Assembly: GCF_009914755.1 (NCBI RefSeq)
Contig: NC_060939.1
Reading direction: 5' to 3' (one strand)
Length of the DNA: 64,000 bases
DNA from: the human T2T-CHM13v2.0 reference genome, Homo sapiens
Shown here piece by piece: positions 59,500 to 64,000 of this stretch. Made by a program: the position numbers and the translations under genes. Position 1 is the first letter of the stretch, and each line of letters opens with the position of its first letter. Under the pieces are notes generated by a model that did no database searches, was not told where the DNA came from, and worked only from the letters and a program-made list of their open reading frames with translations.

Positions 59500-61102
59500 A
59501 AGCCACACCTCAGGTCCCCCAGTTCCTCCCCAGCAGCTGGAGTCCAGGTGCAACAGGACCTGATGCTGGCCAGGGAACCCTGGCCACAGGCTGTGTGAGG
59601 CTGGCGGCAAGACAGTCTCCCCTCCTACCCTCTGCTCATCTGCTAGGTCTTTGCCTTTTATTCTGATTGTGCTGCTCCAGGCTTGGAACCAAGCCCGAAA
59701 TTCCTCTTGAGTCTGAAGATGATGATGGTTTCCAGCTGTGTGGAACTGCTGCATCTCCTGGAGGACTTTAATCTTCTGGAGACAGAGGGAAAGACAGGAT
59801 GCTGACAGGGCCTGGGTGAAAGACTCTGTAGGGGCCTTATAAAAGAAGGGAGGAGGGCTGGTCTCTGAGGTGTTTCTTTTAAGGGGCTCTCACCTCCCCT
59901 CCAATATCATGCAGCCCTAACTGGTTCTCAGAGTTGAATGTAAACGGCTCTTCCTCTAGGAAGTTGTCATCAACTTCACTCCCCTGATTGCACCCTGCAT
60001 TAGGATAGGTCTCCTCCTTCTCTGTGTATTACTCCCTTTCAATAAATCTTAGATGCGGAAGAAGGGACCAGGGAATGTCCTGCCCAGGGTGATTTCTCAT
60101 TTCCACCTCCACCCTCCCTAAAAGTGAGGACTTCAGCTACTGCTCACCTTTCTGTTTTTCTGGGTTTTGATCACATTTCTCTGGAAGACAGAAAGCCAAA
60201 GACCATCAGAAAGGTCCGCTGGTCCATAACTAGCCTCCATTTCCAGCGATTTCCAAGCTTCACCACCACCAGAGCCACCAGGGTCAGGGAATGTGCACAA
60301 AAGAGGTCTTGCAGCTCTGCAGCTTCACTACTCAGGGAGTGGGACTGATGGCTGCTGTGGAGCCTCCATCACTCATGAGTAAAATACCCTGTTTACGGGA
60401 TGGGGAGGGCTGCGAGGCCCTCGCAAAAAATTTTGGCAAGGACTGAGATCTAGGAGCTCAGTTCAAGACTCTCTTCTCCCAGGCCTCAGGATCCTGGTCC
60501 CTGACCTGTCTGCTCCAGGCTCACTCACATCCACACACTCCTTCATGGCAATGTCCAGCATCACCACATCAGTGAGGAATGTCCCCAGAGAGGGCATGAC
60601 TTGGGAGGTGCCCACCCAAGTCCTGTCCGCTGAACTCTTATAAACCCCTGCCTCCTGGCGCCCTCTACCTAGGTTACCCACTTGGAGTAGCTGAGAACCC
60701 TCAGCTGCCTTTTCCCAATTCTCTATGTCTTCCCATTAGCTGGCCTCTATTGCCACCAACCTCACCATAATTACCTCCTTGGTGGGATTTTAACAAGCCA
60801 CAAGGTCATGTGGTCCCTGGCTCCACCTGTTTTAAAAGCCACACGGAGCCCAGCTCTCCCAGGCCTTGCTCTGGTCTGTCTAATGAAGGTGTTTTAGGCA
60901 CTGCAGCCCCAGGAGAAAAGGGCTGGAGTAGAAAGGCCCTCTGCTTTTTTGATTTGGAGGTTTCCAGCTGGGAGAAGTAAGCTCTGTTCTCTGAAACCCT
61001 GGAGCCCTTCCCCATCACAGGCACATTCACCTTCTGCTGTCACAGCCTCACCTAAGCTCTCTGGGGCTCCGCTACAGGGTAGACAACTTGTACGGTGTTC
61101 AC
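59500..61102 (-). pseudogene. Unprocessed RGL4/RALGDS-like pseudogene fragment (C-terminal RasGEF/CDC25 exons)
   Basis: Exon 61102-61031 YKLSTL*RSP(Q)RA*VRL*QQK vs RGL4 FKVATQERNPQRVQMRLRRQKK; exon ~60603-60529 VMPSLGTFLTDVVMLDIAMKECVD|gtgagt vs RALGDS VPYLGTFLTDLVMLDTAMKDYLY; 33-nt exon 60180-60148 RNVIKTQKNRK vs GRLINFEKRRK; exon 59775-~59655 KIKVLQEMQQF..EEFRAWFQA vs RGL4 VRVLQEMQ and RALGDS EQFGAWFRA. Most splice sites are retained; stops and frameshifts are present. Confidence 0.85.
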
Positions 61103-61729
61103 CTGCTAGGATGAGGGACAAGGTCAGTGAAAATATGCTTCTTTCAGTTACGCCTCAGCCACACTAACCTTGGACACGGATAAGTGGCCTGAGTCAGCTT
61201 GTCCAATGCTCTGACCATCTCCAGTGAGCTCTGACTCTAGACTCACTCCCACGTCCAACACTCCCTGGATGTGTCATTTTGGGCATGCAGTTGGGTTTCC
61301 CTGAGCTGTTTCCTCAACTGGAAAGTGTGGTGGGAACCAACTACCTCACAAGGCCTCTTACCACCTCGGTTTCATGTGGTTGTCATGATTGCTGTCACCA
61401 TCATCCCTCTCAGGATGAGCCAGACACAAGCACCCTCAGATTCTCTGTCTCCCTGAGCCCCATCACCACCTTGTGAGGCCTGCCCAACAGGCTCATCATT
61501 CCTAAATTTTCCACATAAGAAAACAGAGGCCCAAAGCGGCAATGACATGCCAAGGACCCCACAAGAGAGGCCAGCTCCTCCCTCAACCTGGAGGGACTGT
61601 CCCGGCTGCCTTCACCTAACACCCTAGCATCATCACTGACCAGCATTCCATCTTCTAAACTCTATGAGTGACAATATTCCCAGCCAGGCCCTGTGGCAGT
61701 GGACATGGTTCTGAGAATTGGGAATCTAA

Positions 61730-62286
61730 TGTGGAGGAAAAGTTAAATATTTAATATGAACTCAATTGAACATGGGCACAAACAATGGTCACGAAGTCCT
61801 GGAACAGGTTGCATGAGCCCCTTGAGGTGTTCATCCAGCGCTGTTTCAGAGAAATCTTTCAATCCATTCCTATACATTAGTTATTGAAAAAACAACAGAC
61901 AATTGCAAAAACAAGTTGATCTTTTGTGTTCCTTGAGCCCAGTTGTGAAGGGCACCTGTGACTGCGCCTCATGCCAAACAACACATTACAAAAAGAGCTA
62001 GGGTCCCAGACTGTGCTGAAGTTTCATGAGACCTCTCCTCATCTGTGCATGGACACGTGGCTGACTCTGGAGCCCAGGCTGTTGCTTCCCAGTCTGGTAA
62101 TGAATCCTCCATAGTCTGGTGCGTGTAAATATACATATATATATTTTCTTTCTGTCCTTCCCATTGCAATTTGCTTATTATATTATTTGCTTATCAAGTC
62201 TGTATTGCCATACACTTGGGATAAAGGCTATTTATCCTTAAAACTATTGTGGGTGCCTTTTCTTTTCCCCTCGTTCATTTCCCGCA
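61730..62286 (+). mobile_element. Solo LTR of the same family as the 32.4-36.2 kb provirus
   Basis: tgtggaggaaaagttaaatatttaatatgaactcaattgaacatgg... closely matches the reverse complement of the LTR ending at 36237. Confidence 0.88.
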
Positions 62287-63692
62287 CCGGAGCCCAGGTG
62301 ATGGAATCTCGAAGTGACCTCACTTCCTTAGTTACAAACTCAAAGAAAGTTTAGAACTCTGGTAACCTGGAGCCCTAATTCTAGAGACAGCTTTGTATTT
62401 ACTAAGGAGACTCTGAAGACAGCAAGATGTTCTCCTGCTATGTCTTGAATTTCTGAGGCTCTCATCTCAGGAAGGCTTGAACAGAGAGACTTTTTTTTAT
62501 GATGGAGACAGTGCTCATTCTGCACTGCTGGCTCTTCTGGCCATTTGGAAAGGGTTACCCATAGATAACACAAGGCCACCCATGGCAGGCCTATCCAGGC
62601 CAGGCCTCACCTTTGATATCATCTCGGCAGGCACACACCCCTCCTCATCTCCACGTCTCGTGGGAAAGAAAGAGATAATGGGTCCTTTCTTGACAGGAGC
62701 AGGTTTCCAGGTATTGGGAGGCTAAAAGCCTGTCAAATTTATACCGCAGGTTACAGTTGGCAGGAGGGGAAGGTGAGTGCTGGGGGTCACCTTTGTTTGT
62801 TCAGACATTTATTCTAAGGCTTCAAGCTGTCCTCTTGTTTTCTCCCTGGCTGGAGGTCTGCGCAAATGCTCCTATGTGCCTGATCTGGGGAGTAGACTTT
62901 CTAACTGGAATTTCCCCTGTGGGGAAAGCCAGGATGCCATTGATGCCTCTTGGCCAGGCTTCCAGGCACTCTCTTTGCAGAACTCTATTGAGGAGATCCC
63001 TGAGGAGCTGTTTGATGAGTCCAACTACTCCATCTCATTGAACAAAAGGCAGGTGCATCATGCCAACAACCATGGCCCGTGCTAGTCTGGAGTCAAGGTG
63101 GGCACAGAGAGGTCTCCAAATGGAAAAGACCAGGGAAGCCCAGGACCCTGACCCAAATGTGAGGATTCCCCAGAAACCGTTTTAGGGCTTTCTCCATTAA
63201 GGACCCACAGTTCCTTCCCAGAGGAATTTGGCCTCCATTAGTCCATAATGGCAACTTAGGTGCACAGTCCCCGGTCATATGCTTGCAGGAATGTCAAAAG
63301 AAACACTTTTGTGTTATTACTTTACATTAAGTTGTGAGTATCTTTGCATTTTGCTATTATTTTTATTGTTATATCTACCTACCCCACATACTTCCTGGAG
63401 CAGGCAGCTTCGCTGCCTTGCCAGACCTTCTCTAAGTCTTAGAAGTTCACACTGTTACTAGAGAGAGGTTTCACCCAAAAAGTGGGAGTTATGCAAAAGG
63501 GTCTTATATGACTCTTTACATACGTGTCCCAGAGCCCACCTCTATAGCCCCATCAGGACAGGAGCTGTGTCCTCATATGTCTTTATAAGATTCCATAAGT
63601 GGGGCCTTTCCCTCAGTAATTTAGGCTTTTAATACTGGTGGAGCCTGACACAATAAATTCTATTTCCACTTCAGGCATGCTACAGGGAATAT

Positions 63693-64000
63693 CTTTTTTT
63701 TTTTTTTTTTTTTTTTTTTGAGACGGAGTCTCGCTCTGTCGCCCAGGTGGGAGTGCAGTGGTGCAGTCTCGGCTCACTGCACTCTGCCTCCTGGGTTCAC
63801 GCCATCTTCCTGCTTCAGCCTCCTGAGTAGCTGGGACTACAGGCGCCTGTCACCACGCCCGGCTAATTTTTTTTCTCTGTGTGTGTGTGGTTTTTTTTTT
63901 AGTAGAGACAGAGTTTCACCGTGTTAGCTAGGATGGTCTCGATCTCCTGACCTCGTGATCCACTCGCCTCGGCCTCCCAAAGTGCTAGGATTACAGGTGT
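63693..64000 (-). mobile_element. AluY-like element at the window end
   Basis: Poly(T) followed by gagacggagtctcgctctgtcgcccagg...cctcccaaagtgctaggattacagg. Confidence 0.92.

Overview
Primate (human-like) genomic DNA, repeat-dense, with no intact protein-coding gene that I can support. From left to right: low-copy sequence with several strong minus-strand splice sites; MaLR and old L1 fragments; a nest of three LTRs (two solo LTR7/HERV-H); a ~2.9 kb ACRO1-type satellite with ~140 bp units; a deleted MER50-like ERV1 provirus; a ~12.5 kb complex beta-satellite-like block; a class III (ERVL-like) provirus with dUTPase and env remnants; an L1PA; a full-length CTBP2 processed pseudogene; an OOSP1 retrocopy; an Alu cluster; a CpG island holding a short inverted ACRO1-like array; and an unprocessed RGL4/RALGDS-like 3' gene fragment. 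This mix suggests a pericentromeric or acrocentric short-arm segmental-duplication mosaic (inference). The most interesting observation is that the ACRO1 array plus ~0.8 kb of non-satellite flank is an ancient inverted paralog of the CpG island at 55.5-57.1 kb, and every unit is a quasi-palindrome carrying two opposed ZNF143/THAP11-type ACTACA..CCCAG motifs. The satellite may therefore be a tandemly amplified promoter module. Repeat family names and reference protein sequences are recalled from memory, all alignments are by eye, and boundaries are approximate.
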